This document shows, in pieces, positions 27,356 to 36,750 of a DNA stretch of 64,000 bases. Made by a program: the position numbers and the translations under genes. The DNA is taken from assembly GCA_973895155.1 (NCBI GenBank), contig OZ316897.1, positions 8,765,832 through 8,829,831 of the forward strand. The letters are read 5' to 3'. Within the stretch, counting starts at the first letter, position 1. Every line of letters begins with the position of its first letter. Below the pieces are notes generated by a model. It was not told the DNA's origin and did not search any database. It saw only the letters and a program-made list of their open reading frames with translations. Source of the DNA: Marsupella aquatica. Lineage: Eukaryota > Plantae > Marchantiophyta.

Positions 27356-27460
27356 ATAGAGTGGATATATATATATTTGTTCTTTCCCAGACACATATTG
27401 AATGCATTGGTACTCAAGCCCTCTCCGAACAGTACAAGATGGTCGCCCATCATACGGCTC
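27356..27460 (-). other. Group II intron domain V-VI and 3' end (organellar fragment)
   Basis: Minus strand reads GAGCCGTATGATGGGCGACCATCTTGTACTGTTCGGAGAG (domain V), then a domain VI-like stretch ending in CCACTCTAT. Confidence 0.8.
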
Positions 27461-27559
27461 TCTGATTCAACCTTACTTTGAATTTGCTTCTGTCGCCCAA
27501 CCTGCCAAGTATACGAGGCGCTCATAAAATGAAATACATTTTTTCCCTCGCTTATGATT

Positions 27560-27730
27560 CGAAATGGATACATAAATGTCAAACATCAAAACATGAGAAT
27601 GTATTATATACCAACCCAAACAGTCTCTTTCAATTATTATATTTCCTGAAGTATCATACCAATACGCGTTTTAAAGTTTTGATTGATATTTGTGACGTTG
27701 ATCATCCCTCTCGAAAATGAAGATTTCAAG
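27560..27730 (+). pseudogene. nad9: Mitochondrial NADH dehydrogenase subunit 9 fragment
   Basis: [54 protein letters not shown]; the TGA occupies a conserved Arg position (probable CGA>TGA). Confidence 0.9.
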
Positions 27731-27879
27731 GGCCTTTCTAAGCTTCAGCTCTCCCCGCCCCGGTGGAAGAGGAGGTTCGGCTTGGACCAAGCGTCTTTTG
27801 TGCCCTTTGGAAACACTGTCAGAAAGAGTAGTTCAAGGCAGAAGGCCTGTTTCAGCTCATGAAAGACATAAATCTGTGG

Positions 27880-27969
27880 ATAGCTCGTTTTTCCGGTTTG
27901 GATATGGAGTTTCGGTCAAAGCTTTAGACAAACGTGCTATTGAAATCTTGGGTCCTTATGGAATTTCAT
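27880..27969 (+). pseudogene. nad5: Mitochondrial NADH dehydrogenase subunit 5 fragment (C-terminal region)
   Basis: [25 protein letters not shown] versus the recalled plant nad5 consensus [25 protein letters not shown]. Confidence 0.85.
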
Positions 27970-28030
27970 GTGCAAGTTTTCCTGCATGTGGCTCGTCCAT
28001 GATAACTTATTCAGGTTTTACCGGCCTGTG
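27968..28030 (-). other. Second, different group II intron fragment (truncated domain V)
   Basis: Minus strand reads ...TTATCATGGACGAGCCACATGCAGGAAAACTTGCAC, the 5' part of a plant mitochondrial domain V. Confidence 0.7.
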
Positions 28031-29151
28031 TTAGTCACAACTTTCTTACCCTCATCATCCCTTCCAGTCTTGGCAGGTAAATTGCATTAGATTAAATTTT
28101 CATTGTTTTAATTTGAAATTTTGGGGCTTGTGCTTTTTTATATCGATCTTCTCCTTCTCGAGTTGCATTGCATGTGCAAATGTAAGAATTATTGGGCCTC
28201 ATAGATTATCAAGTTAGGGGGCTGCAAACTCCCATGGACCACCAAAATGTGGTCCATGCATGGTGAGCGTTGTGTCCAGTATGGCGGTCCATCCTAGCCT
28301 TTCTTGATGCCAATGAGGTGCTTTGGTAAATGTAGAGCTGAAACAATGTAGCAAATGCCAATGAGTTGCACACTAATGTAACGTAGAGATGAAACAAAGA
28401 AGACCATGGAAGGGTCTAGGGGCAATCTAGTAGTGATAAAAAATTGGTCAATCATTCCATGGCGAGGGTTTGTTCATGTCCACAACTCAATGAGTAAAGA
28501 GATGATCATGTGGCAGTTTGCAAGGATTGCATATGAATAGTGTAGATGCCATATATAGTTTTTTTTGGAGTGCTTTCTTAACCTAGAAACAATGTGAACA
28601 CGGTAATCAGTGTTTTGCATCAAAATGTTTATAATATTCATAAAATACGCATTGAATTTTTTTCCAACTTATACAAGGACTGCCTAAAATTTATTTAAGG
28701 GACTCAAATTTTTAACAATTACTTATTTTTTGCTCAAGTCTGATTATGACTACAGTACTAGGCAAAAGTAGAAATTGGATGAACCCAGGGGTCTATGAAA
28801 CTGGCATGAATTGGCAAAGCTCAAATGACCTAACATGCACAGAACATTAAAATGTACTCAGATATGACATGTTACACTCTTGAATCAAAAGTGATCTGAT
28901 GACAATCAGGAGACTGTTTATAGCCTATTTCAATTAGTTTGCCTGGTGAGTTGTGTGGCATCAGCCTGGGACTCAAACAGGACATCAATCATTACCTTAC
29001 ACCAATCTCTACAAAAACCTTATCATTACATGATAACCAGTCTTTCTTGTAGTAGAGCAAGGTGAGTGTTGGATGCATTTGCATTTTGGTGTGGTTTCTG
29101 CACATTCTCTTGATGCAATTTTAAAGGGAATAGTCATCAGATTGTCATCCC

Positions 29152-29259
29152 TGTTAGACTCTACCTTGACCGGAAGACCGGATCAGCCGGTCATCCCGGC
29201 ACCACTATATGTACCATTACCCAGACTATACAGAAATTGATACTCATTCTCATCAAACA
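29152..29259 (+). repeat. 5' LTR (108 bp)
   Basis: tgttagactctacc...ctcatcaaaca. Confidence 0.95.
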
Positions 29260-29273
29260 CGTTATCAGCACGA
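29260..29273 (+). promoter_or_regulatory. Primer-binding site complementary to the anticodon arm of tRNA-Ile (half-tRNA priming)
   Basis: CGTTATCAGCACGA is the reverse complement of TCGTGCT(G/I)ATAACG. Confidence 0.75.
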
Positions 29274-30228
29274 GGGCTCACCGAGCGGAGCAAAAGGAGA
29301 ATCGAGAAGAAAACCTATGGCGAATTGAGTAAGGATCGAGTAAGAAGAAATTAGAGAGACCCAGCCAGAAGCATATGAAAATTAATAAGGCGGAAGCAGC
29401 AGAAACGCACTGATTCATAAGGACACCGAGAAGCGAAAAGATCGATGCGGATCAAGAACACAATAAGGAGATGCATGCTGAGAAGAAAATTGATCAGAAC
29501 AGCATCGACAACTGAGAATTGAAAAGAGTCCAATTGAAATCACCTTCTAAAGAGAAAGAATGGACGAGAGGCACTGTGAGGACCGATTCCTCAAGAAAAT
29601 TATTGTGAGAAGAAAAAGAGGCAATGGGACCCATTCATCGAATCGAAACTGCAGCATATCGATCATAAGCAGTTAACGACCGGGGCAGCAAGGAGGCAGA
29701 TTAACAAAGTAAAAGAGAAAACTTTAGAAGCAGAAACTGATCAAAGCCACAAACAGAAAGAGAGCACAAATCGTTGCAGAGGCCGATTGGAATCTAAAGG
29801 ACAAGCGCAAACCCCTGGAAACCTGATCGAACAACGGCAGCAGATAGAGGAAGAGAGCTCGAAGTTGAAGCGGAGGCACTGAGATTCGAAAGGGTGAGAG
29901 AGAGGTAGCCACCACCTCAATCCCCATAAGGACATAACACACAGGATTGGAACCTGAGAAAAAAAAAGCAAAACGATTAGAAGAGGACAAAAACCAAAGA
30001 ATTGAAGCAGTAACAGTCACGGAAGGCAGGAGCTACAGCAAAGACCGCAGAGGAGCTTGGAAGGAGGTCGTTGAAATTGAAATTTCGCAACATCAATCGA
30101 AAAACGTCGAGAAACCGTCGCTAAGTGCAAAACCCTCTTTAAGTGCAACATCCGTCAAAGAGATTTCAGTTACAAAGGAAAAGTTGCACTTAACCATAAC
30201 TGCAAAACCTAAGCGCATATCCGCATAA

Positions 30229-33200
30229 CTGCCCTCAGGATCACAGAGTGAAACACATCTTACCGACACCGCTGAACCCTCCACATCAAGGCAGGGCATT
30301 AAGCGCAGTAGGAATGGCAACCATAGAAACAACCCCAACAGGGGGAGTTTCTTTAACCAACGCCCACAACACAATTTCAGACGGTCCTTTAGTGGACGTG
30401 GAGGACGCGGAGGACGTGGAGGACGCGATGGACGCGGCGGACGCGGAGGACGAGGTGGACGCAGCGGACGCGGTGGTGGTAGACCATACAACAACAACCG
30501 TAGGAATGATCGGTCACAACCCCGAAAACAACGGGAACGACCGAAATGCCATGAATGTGGCATGACAAACCACCTCGCGAGAAACTGTAGAATCCCGCAA
30601 CATCTTAGAGATTTATATCAACGGTCTATCCAGGATAGACAAACCTCAAGACCACCACCCCGTGAAACCCACGGGGCGTTTATGGAGTCTAGCGACCCAT
30701 TCCAAGACTTTTTAGACCTACCTGCCCAACCAGAGGCACACTTAGTGGCAAGTAACTCCACTACACCAGATTTAAATAGCCCAAGCACATGTATTATCGA
30801 CAGTGCGACAACGCACACTATCCTCAGGGATAGGCACCTTTTCCACAAGATTACACCCTCACGTAGATCCCTGACCACTATAAATGGTCCTAGTCAAATA
30901 GAAGAGGGCTTCGGCCCAGCCTCTATTAGACTCCCGCAGGGTACTGAAATACACATAGAATCTGCCATTTTTGCCCCAAACGCAACTCGTAATCTCCTTA
31001 GCTTTAGAGATATACGAGCAAATGTGCTACATGTCCAAACGGGCGATACCAGAGACCAAGAGGTCATTCACTTGGTTGAAAACACCCTTAAGGGGAAAAT
31101 AATTAAAGAGACACTTTTCTCGTATCCCTGCGGGTTTTACATAACACAAATTGAATGCCTGCATAACAACGCCAATACAAGCGAATTGCATGCGCTATGG
31201 CATGCACGCCTTGGCCACCCCGGCCAATCAATGCTAACAAAAATCATTAAGAATTCAAGTGGCATTCCAATCAATACACGCCACATCCCAGTGAGCACTC
31301 CATGCACTGCATGCTCACGCGGCAAGTTAATAACAAGGCCCACGGCATCAAAATTGCCAACTAAAATACCCCAATTCTTGGAAATAATCCATGCTGATGT
31401 CTGCGGGCCAATTAACCCACCAAGCGGACCTTTCCGCTACTTTATGGTTTTAATTGACGCATCAACCAAATGGTCAAATGTGACCTTGCTTTCAACGAGG
31501 AACATGGTAATACCTCGCATTTTGGCGCAAATCTTGCGCGTGAAAGCACAATTCCCAGATCACCCCATTAAGACACTAAGGGTAGACAATGCAGGGGAAT
31601 TCACATCTGAAACATTTGATGACTTTTGCACATCACTTGGCATAGACGTACAATATCCTGTACCTCATGTGCATTTCCAGAATGGATTAGCTGAAGCGGT
31701 AATTAAACGCCTTCAGTTAATTGCACGCCCATTACTAATGCAGTCCAAACTCCCCGTCTCAGCATGGGGACACGCCATATTACAGGCGAATGCATTAATC
31801 CAATATCGCCCATCGGCTTTTAATACCTATAGCCCATACCAAATAGCTAACGGTATTAAACCTAACCTATCACACCTTCGTTCATTTGGATGTCAAGTAA
31901 TGGCCCCCATTACTCCACCCAAACGAACCAAGATGGGACCCCAACGACAGTTGGGGATATACATCGGATTCGACTCTCCGTCCATAATCCGATATATGGA
32001 GCCCACAACTGGCGATGTTTTTAAAGCCAGATTTCTAGATTGTCATTTTGATGAACACATTTATCCACCATTAATAACCCCTGAACACCCACAACCACCT
32101 CTGGAGTGGGAAAGACACTCGCCATTTTGGCAAGACCTTCGAACAAATCAAGGGGAGAAAGAAGTTCAACGAATTTTGCAACTCCACAAGATTGTGGAAG
32201 AACTTCCTGACGCTTTCGTTGACACATCACAACTTACTCGCTCACATATTCCAGCTGCGAGAGCATCTGCTCGCATTGAATTATCAAGTGAGCCAGCAAG
32301 TACATCCCAACCTCGTGCAAAACAAGGTAGACCCCTGGGATCAAAAGATAAACAACCACGAAGACGTGGTTCATCTATACCACCTTCACCTAATGTCGAT
32401 CATAACGAATCCACAACTCATGAGGAGATTTCTATCCACTACGCACACACTGGTGCGATGTGGGATAGAAATACTACTTCAATAGATGATGCTTTTGCAT
32501 TGATGGTGGCAACACATATCACAGACGAAACACCAGAACCAATATCCATCTTAGAATGCCAAAACAGACCAGATTGGCCTGAATGGCAGAAAGCTATAAA
32601 CGGAGAATTAGATTCCCTACTAAGCAGACACACTTTTGGCCCAGTCGAGCCAACACCGCAAGACGTACATCTCATTGGCTACAAGTGGACATTTGTCCGC
32701 AAAAGAAATGATAAAGGCCAAGTTGTACGTTACAAAGCACGTCTGGTAGGGAAAGGATTTACCCAACAACCGGGAATTCATTACGATGAAACTTACTCAC
32801 CGGTTATGGATAGCACAACATTCCGATACCTTATCGGATTTGCCATTTTCCACCAATTACAAATGCGACAATTAGATGTTGCAACTACATATTTATATGG
32901 CACTTTAGACACTTGTCTATACATGCGATCACCTCCTGAGTTGGAGCAACGATGCCGAGCTCTAGCTCAAGGCGCTAAATCGCATATCCCATATTTATAT
33001 AAGATTATCACACAATTATCTCAAGTTATACCTCATGTGTCATCTACACACGTAACTCATAATAATGACACCGCTGTGTCAACCGTACGGAATACTCGCC
33101 GTGGACTAGCTATCCGCGTGTTGAAGGCATTATATGGCCTGAAACAAAGTGGCAGAGTATGGTATCAAAGATTTACTGATGAAATGATTGCCATGGGGTT

Positions 33201-34230
33201 TTCCCATGATGCCATTACACCATGTTTATTTATTAAACATGTGGATGATGAATATGTCATCGTTTCTATTTATGTTGATGACTTAAATATATTTGGGACA
33301 CCCCAATTGACAGAAGATACTATTACTAGTCTTAAATCCACATTCGAGATGAAAGACCTTGGACATACAAACTTTTGCTTAGGCTTACAACTAGAGATCC
33401 TACCCATTGGCATGATGCTCCATCAGACAACACAAACTGAAAAGATCCTAAAACAGTTCAATATGAACCTAGCACACCCATTGACGTCACCAATGGTTGT
33501 ACGTTCATTAGAAAACACCACTGATGTTTTTCGCAAGCGCGAAGAACATGAACCCATATTAGGACCAGAAACTCCATATCTTTCTGCAATAGGAGCATTA
33601 ATGTACCTAGCGAATCAGACTAGACCAGACATTGCATTTGCAGTTAACTTACTAGCCAGACATAGTGCAACTCCCACAGCCAGACACTGGAATGGAGTTA
33701 AACACGTATTTAGATACCTACGTGGCACCACCGATACAGGGTTATTTTACCCATTCGGTGCAAACCACGAACTCATAGGATATGCGGATGCCGGATACCT
33801 CTCCGACACTGATACCGCAAAATCCCAAACTGGATATGTTTTTACCATAGGGGGTACCGCTTTTTCTTGGAAAAGCGTGAAACAGACCCTAACAGCAACC
33901 TCATCGAATCACTCAGAAATCTTAGCTCTACATGAGGCTAGTCGTGAAGCCGTTTGGTTACGATCCTTTATAAACCATATCAACACCAAATGCGGCCTAC
34001 AACCACTAACGAAGCCTACTAACATTTTTGAGGATAACGCAGCATGTATACAGCAGATCACGAAAGGATTCATCAAAGGCGATCGCGTGAAGCACATAAC
34101 TCCAAAAATTTTCTACACTCACGAATTACATGGAAAAGAGATCAACATTTTGCAGATTTCAAGTGCAGACAACTGTGCGGATCTCTTCACCAAATCACTA
34201 CCGCCATCAGTTCATCACCAACACTGCTAG
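30229..34230 (+). CDS. Bianca nucleocapsid-PR-IN-RT-RNase H reading frame (open from 30229; first ATG at 30562)
   Basis: RGG repeats, zinc knuckle CHECGMTNHLARNC, protease IIDSATTH, HHCC, integrase D-D-E (HADVCG, RVDNAGE, NGLAE), RT YVDD, RNase H. The stop at 34228-34230 is probably a few codons premature because the frame continues AIGLR. Confidence 0.9.
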   Translation: MPSGSQSETHLTDTAEPSTSRQGIKRSRNGNHRNNPNRGSFFNQRPQHNFRRSFSGRGGRGGRGGRDGRGGRGGRGGRSGRGGGRPYNNNRRNDRSQPRKQRERPKCHECGMTNHLARNCRIPQHLRDLYQRSIQDRQTSRPPPRETHGAFMESSDPFQDFLDLPAQPEAHLVASNSTTPDLNSPSTCIIDSATTHTILRDRHLFHKITPSRRSLTTINGPSQIEEGFGPASIRLPQGTEIHIESAIFAPNATRNLLSFRDIRANVLHVQTGDTRDQEVIHLVENTLKGKIIKETLFSYPCGFYITQIECLHNNANTSELHALWHARLGHPGQSMLTKIIKNSSGIPINTRHIPVSTPCTACSRGKLITRPTASKLPTKIPQFLEIIHADVCGPINPPSGPFRYFMVLIDASTKWSNVTLLSTRNMVIPRILAQILRVKAQFPDHPIKTLRVDNAGEFTSETFDDFCTSLGIDVQYPVPHVHFQNGLAEAVIKRLQLIARPLLMQSKLPVSAWGHAILQANALIQYRPSAFNTYSPYQIANGIKPNLSHLRSFGCQVMAPITPPKRTKMGPQRQLGIYIGFDSPSIIRYMEPTTGDVFKARFLDCHFDEHIYPPLITPEHPQPPLEWERHSPFWQDLRTNQGEKEVQRILQLHKIVEELPDAFVDTSQLTRSHIPAARASARIELSSEPASTSQPRAKQGRPLGSKDKQPRRRGSSIPPSPNVDHNESTTHEEISIHYAHTGAMWDRNTTSIDDAFALMVATHITDETPEPISILECQNRPDWPEWQKAINGELDSLLSRHTFGPVEPTPQDVHLIGYKWTFVRKRNDKGQVVRYKARLVGKGFTQQPGIHYDETYSPVMDSTTFRYLIGFAIFHQLQMRQLDVATTYLYGTLDTCLYMRSPPELEQRCRALAQGAKSHIPYLYKIITQLSQVIPHVSSTHVTHNNDTAVSTVRNTRRGLAIRVLKALYGLKQSGRVWYQRFTDEMIAMGFSHDAITPCLFIKHVDDEYVIVSIYVDDLNIFGTPQLTEDTITSLKSTFEMKDLGHTNFCLGLQLEILPIGMMLHQTTQTEKILKQFNMNLAHPLTSPMVVRSLENTTDVFRKREEHEPILGPETPYLSAIGALMYLANQTRPDIAFAVNLLARHSATPTARHWNGVKHVFRYLRGTTDTGLFYPFGANHELIGYADAGYLSDTDTAKSQTGYVFTIGGTAFSWKSVKQTLTATSSNHSEILALHEASREAVWLRSFINHINTKCGLQPLTKPTNIFEDNAACIQQITKGFIKGDRVKHITPKIFYTHELHGKEINILQISSADNCADLFTKSLPPSVHHQHC

Positions 34231-34609
34231 GCGATTGGACTACGGAGCGTGCGATGCATGATGACCGTGGAGGCTGCTGCTCCACATGATACTTGATGAT
34301 ACTGACGATATACTGCTGACGACACACTGATGAAACAAATGTTAAAACTAGATTTACTATAGCATCTAACTTTATACACTATTGACATTTAATTACGACG
34401 AGGACTGTTAGGCTGCACTCTTTTTCCTTTAGCACTCATATTTTTCTCTGCTACATTGGTAGAGTTTTTACTAAGCTAGAGTTGATAAAGGTTTTTTAAC
34501 GAGGCAGTCTACCTCGATTGTACTTATATCATGTACCCCTATGAACATGATATAATTTAGGTATAGTCTATGTTGTCTATATAGTTGTCACTATATATCC
34601 AAAGGGGAG

Positions 34610-34717
34610 TGTTAGACTCTACCTTGACCGGAAGACCGGATCAGCCGGTCATCCCGGCACCACTATATGTACCATTACCCAGACTATACAGAAACCGATA
34701 CTCATTCTCATCAAACA
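34610..34717 (+). repeat. 3' LTR (108 bp)
   Basis: Direct repeat of 29152-29259, followed by the TSD atccc. Confidence 0.95.
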
Positions 34718-35072
34718 ATCCCTTCATATCTTATGCTTGTAGTTTGGAGTCACTTGGGGGAATCATGAGCAGCCTTGACATTCGACCATGATTGCACAAA
34801 CAATGGAGGGGTGTATGTAGCAAGAGCGGCAGTGTCAGCATTCATACTACAACAGAACACAACAAACCAGGCATAAGTCTTGGAGCAAAGGGTGAATGGA
34901 TTTCAAATACTAGAGATGAATCTCAAATGCCTGGGTGACTGAAACTTAGCCTATATACTAGGCTAAGGGGAATGGCAAGTTCCATCCATATTGTAGCTCC
35001 TTCTGACTTTCTAGGTGAAGGGGCAATAGGCTTCACACAATCCACGGGAGCTAGCAAGAAAAACCCTTTGGT

Positions 35073-35330
35073 CCATCTGGGCTTAAGATTTGTAGAAGGC
35101 GGACAATTGTTTTAGTTTAATGAGTGTAATTCGTACGTTGTCATCTTTCCCCGCATGGATTAGGCAAACAATCTCAGATTAAAGTTAGAAAGATCACGCA
35201 GTCGATGGGAGATGGCAGGATCCCTCCATCCATCCGGGCTTAGGTTTCATATTAGGCTGACATTTTTTATTCAGTGTAATTACTTTGTCATATTTTTCCA
35301 ACATGGATTAGGCAAACAAACTCAGACTAA
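35073..35330. repeat. Degenerate direct duplication, ~155-bp period
   Basis: ccatc(t/c)gggctta...gtgtaatt...catggattaggcaaacaa-ctcaga-taa occurs twice. Confidence 0.6.
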
Positions 35331-36556
35331 CTTAAAATGATCAAACTATGGTCAACTTGGACCCTTCTGCATCAGACAGTCATAACTCCCTCACCCTTGA
35401 GTGTTCCATTATACTACCACCCTCCACCTTGGGGATGAGTCAGTTGTCATCATGTTGTTGCAAGCTGTTCAGCTTGTCAGCACCTTCAATTTGTGAAAGG
35501 AAGATACCCACCCCAGGTTAGAGTGTGGCAGGGGTTGGGCAAGTTAGAATCAAGGCTCGAATCAAGGTGAGCTTTTAACTGTAAATTGGCTACCACTGGA
35601 TTGTTTTGAGCTATCCTGAGTTAGCTTGCCTAAGAAACCCATGTTAGAAATGATGATATCACGGATGGCTCAAGATGGCCTGTATGGTATTTGACAGCTA
35701 TAAAATTTAATTCCCGACTCAAAAAAATACATATGAAATCATATGATAGATAAAAATAATTTGTGCCTGATCAAATCTTGGGGGTCTCACTATCTTGATC
35801 TCTTCTGAGCTTTGTGGGAACAAGTTTCAGACTAGAACCCCAGCCCAAACAGTCTTTATCATATGTAATATTTGTCTGGAAAAAAGATAACCAGGTAGGA
35901 CTTTCTGGGCAAAGGGTTATGGAAATGGTGGCACCTAGTAGAAAAGGTTACACACCAGTAACATTTCTTCCTGACAGGAATTACATCCTGTTGGCAGCCG
36001 GGCCTCTGGTGAGGGAACTGGGCTGGAGGGGCTCCCCATACATCCCCTACACAGGTTCCACTGAGTCCTTTCCGGGAGGTCCAACATCATTGATAGCAGA
36101 CCTCATCTCACCTCATGTCATCGCAAGTATGATCCAAAAATCATAACAGTGCAGCCAGGATGGCGGACATTTGCCTGCCTCTTCGTCTGGCCGCTTCGAG
36201 AGCCAACGCTTGGCGGCCAGCAAAGAAAATTGGGTGGGTTTGACACTCAACTTTGGTGATAGCGAGGCAGGTTGAACTTAATGTTTTTGGATGGCAGATT
36301 GACAAGGCCATTTTCTAAGTGGACTGCCCTATTTTTGAGACAAGTGGAAATGCTCTCATTAGGCAATTTATGTTTGAATTCAATCTCCATAATAGGCAAC
36401 AACCATACCGGAGACCTTCATGTATCCGCATAAAGTTTCATTGCATGCCAAACGCAATGTCTTTACTTTTATTTTGTTGCCTTGAAACTGAAAGCAGACC
36501 CATCCAACAAAGGATAGACAATCAACTCCGGAGTTGTGCCTTTGTAAGGTATATAT

Positions 36557-36750
36557 TCCAGGAGGGAGAGAGGGTTACACTAAAGGCCCAATGCTGACAG
36601 CCAGGAGGCCAAGATAAACCAGTACTCGGACCACTACACATGACCCACCCACACTCCCCCCACCCCCCTTGCATGTGGATAGGGGATTGAATTTGGGACC
36701 TCTCAATTATAGGCTAATCCCCTGGCCAACTGACCTAAGCCAGTTGATCC
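36557..36750 (-). mobile_element. tRNA-derived SINE-like element, copy 2
   Basis: Minus strand has A-box-like TGGCTTAGGTCAGTTGG and B-box-like AGGTCCCAAATTCAATCCC at tRNA-like spacing; body shared with 26490-26660. Confidence 0.55.

Larger units (their letters stand above)
27336..28075. other. Mosaic nuclear insertion of mitochondrial DNA (NUMT)
   Basis: Contains nad9 and nad5 coding fragments on plus and two group II intron domain V segments on minus. Confidence 0.85.
27125..28262 (+). mobile_element. Family A MITE interrupted by mitochondrial DNA
   Basis: 27125-27335 and 28076-28262 are collinear with the two halves of 40432-40830. A further partial copy lies at ~26905-27085. Confidence 0.7.
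29152..34717 (+). mobile_element. Ty1/Copia LTR retrotransposon, Bianca lineage, recent insertion
   Basis: 108-bp LTRs at 29152-29259 and 34610-34717 (2 mismatches), perfect TSD atccc, PBS cgttatcagcacga, polypurine tract aaaggggag. Bianca-type pol motifs GPINPPSGPFRYFMVLIDAST, KRTKMGPQRQLGIYIG and GYADAGY. Confidence 0.96.

Noticed and set aside
27356-28030. Active group II intron or functional nuclear nad9/nad5 transfer
   Set aside because: Only short fragments with a stop and substitutions; no targeting sequence, maturase or recognisable domains I-IV.
30093-30565. Pro/Arg-rich minus ORF, and an acidic plus ORF whose stop overlaps the pol ATG (ATGA)
   Set aside because: Both are alternative readings of the GGACGCGGA repeats encoding the RGG tract. 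The ATG is a Met inside the zinc knuckle, so the overlap looks coincidental.
36684-36745. tRNA gene
   Set aside because: A/B boxes are degenerate and I cannot fold a cloverleaf; a shared downstream body indicates a SINE.
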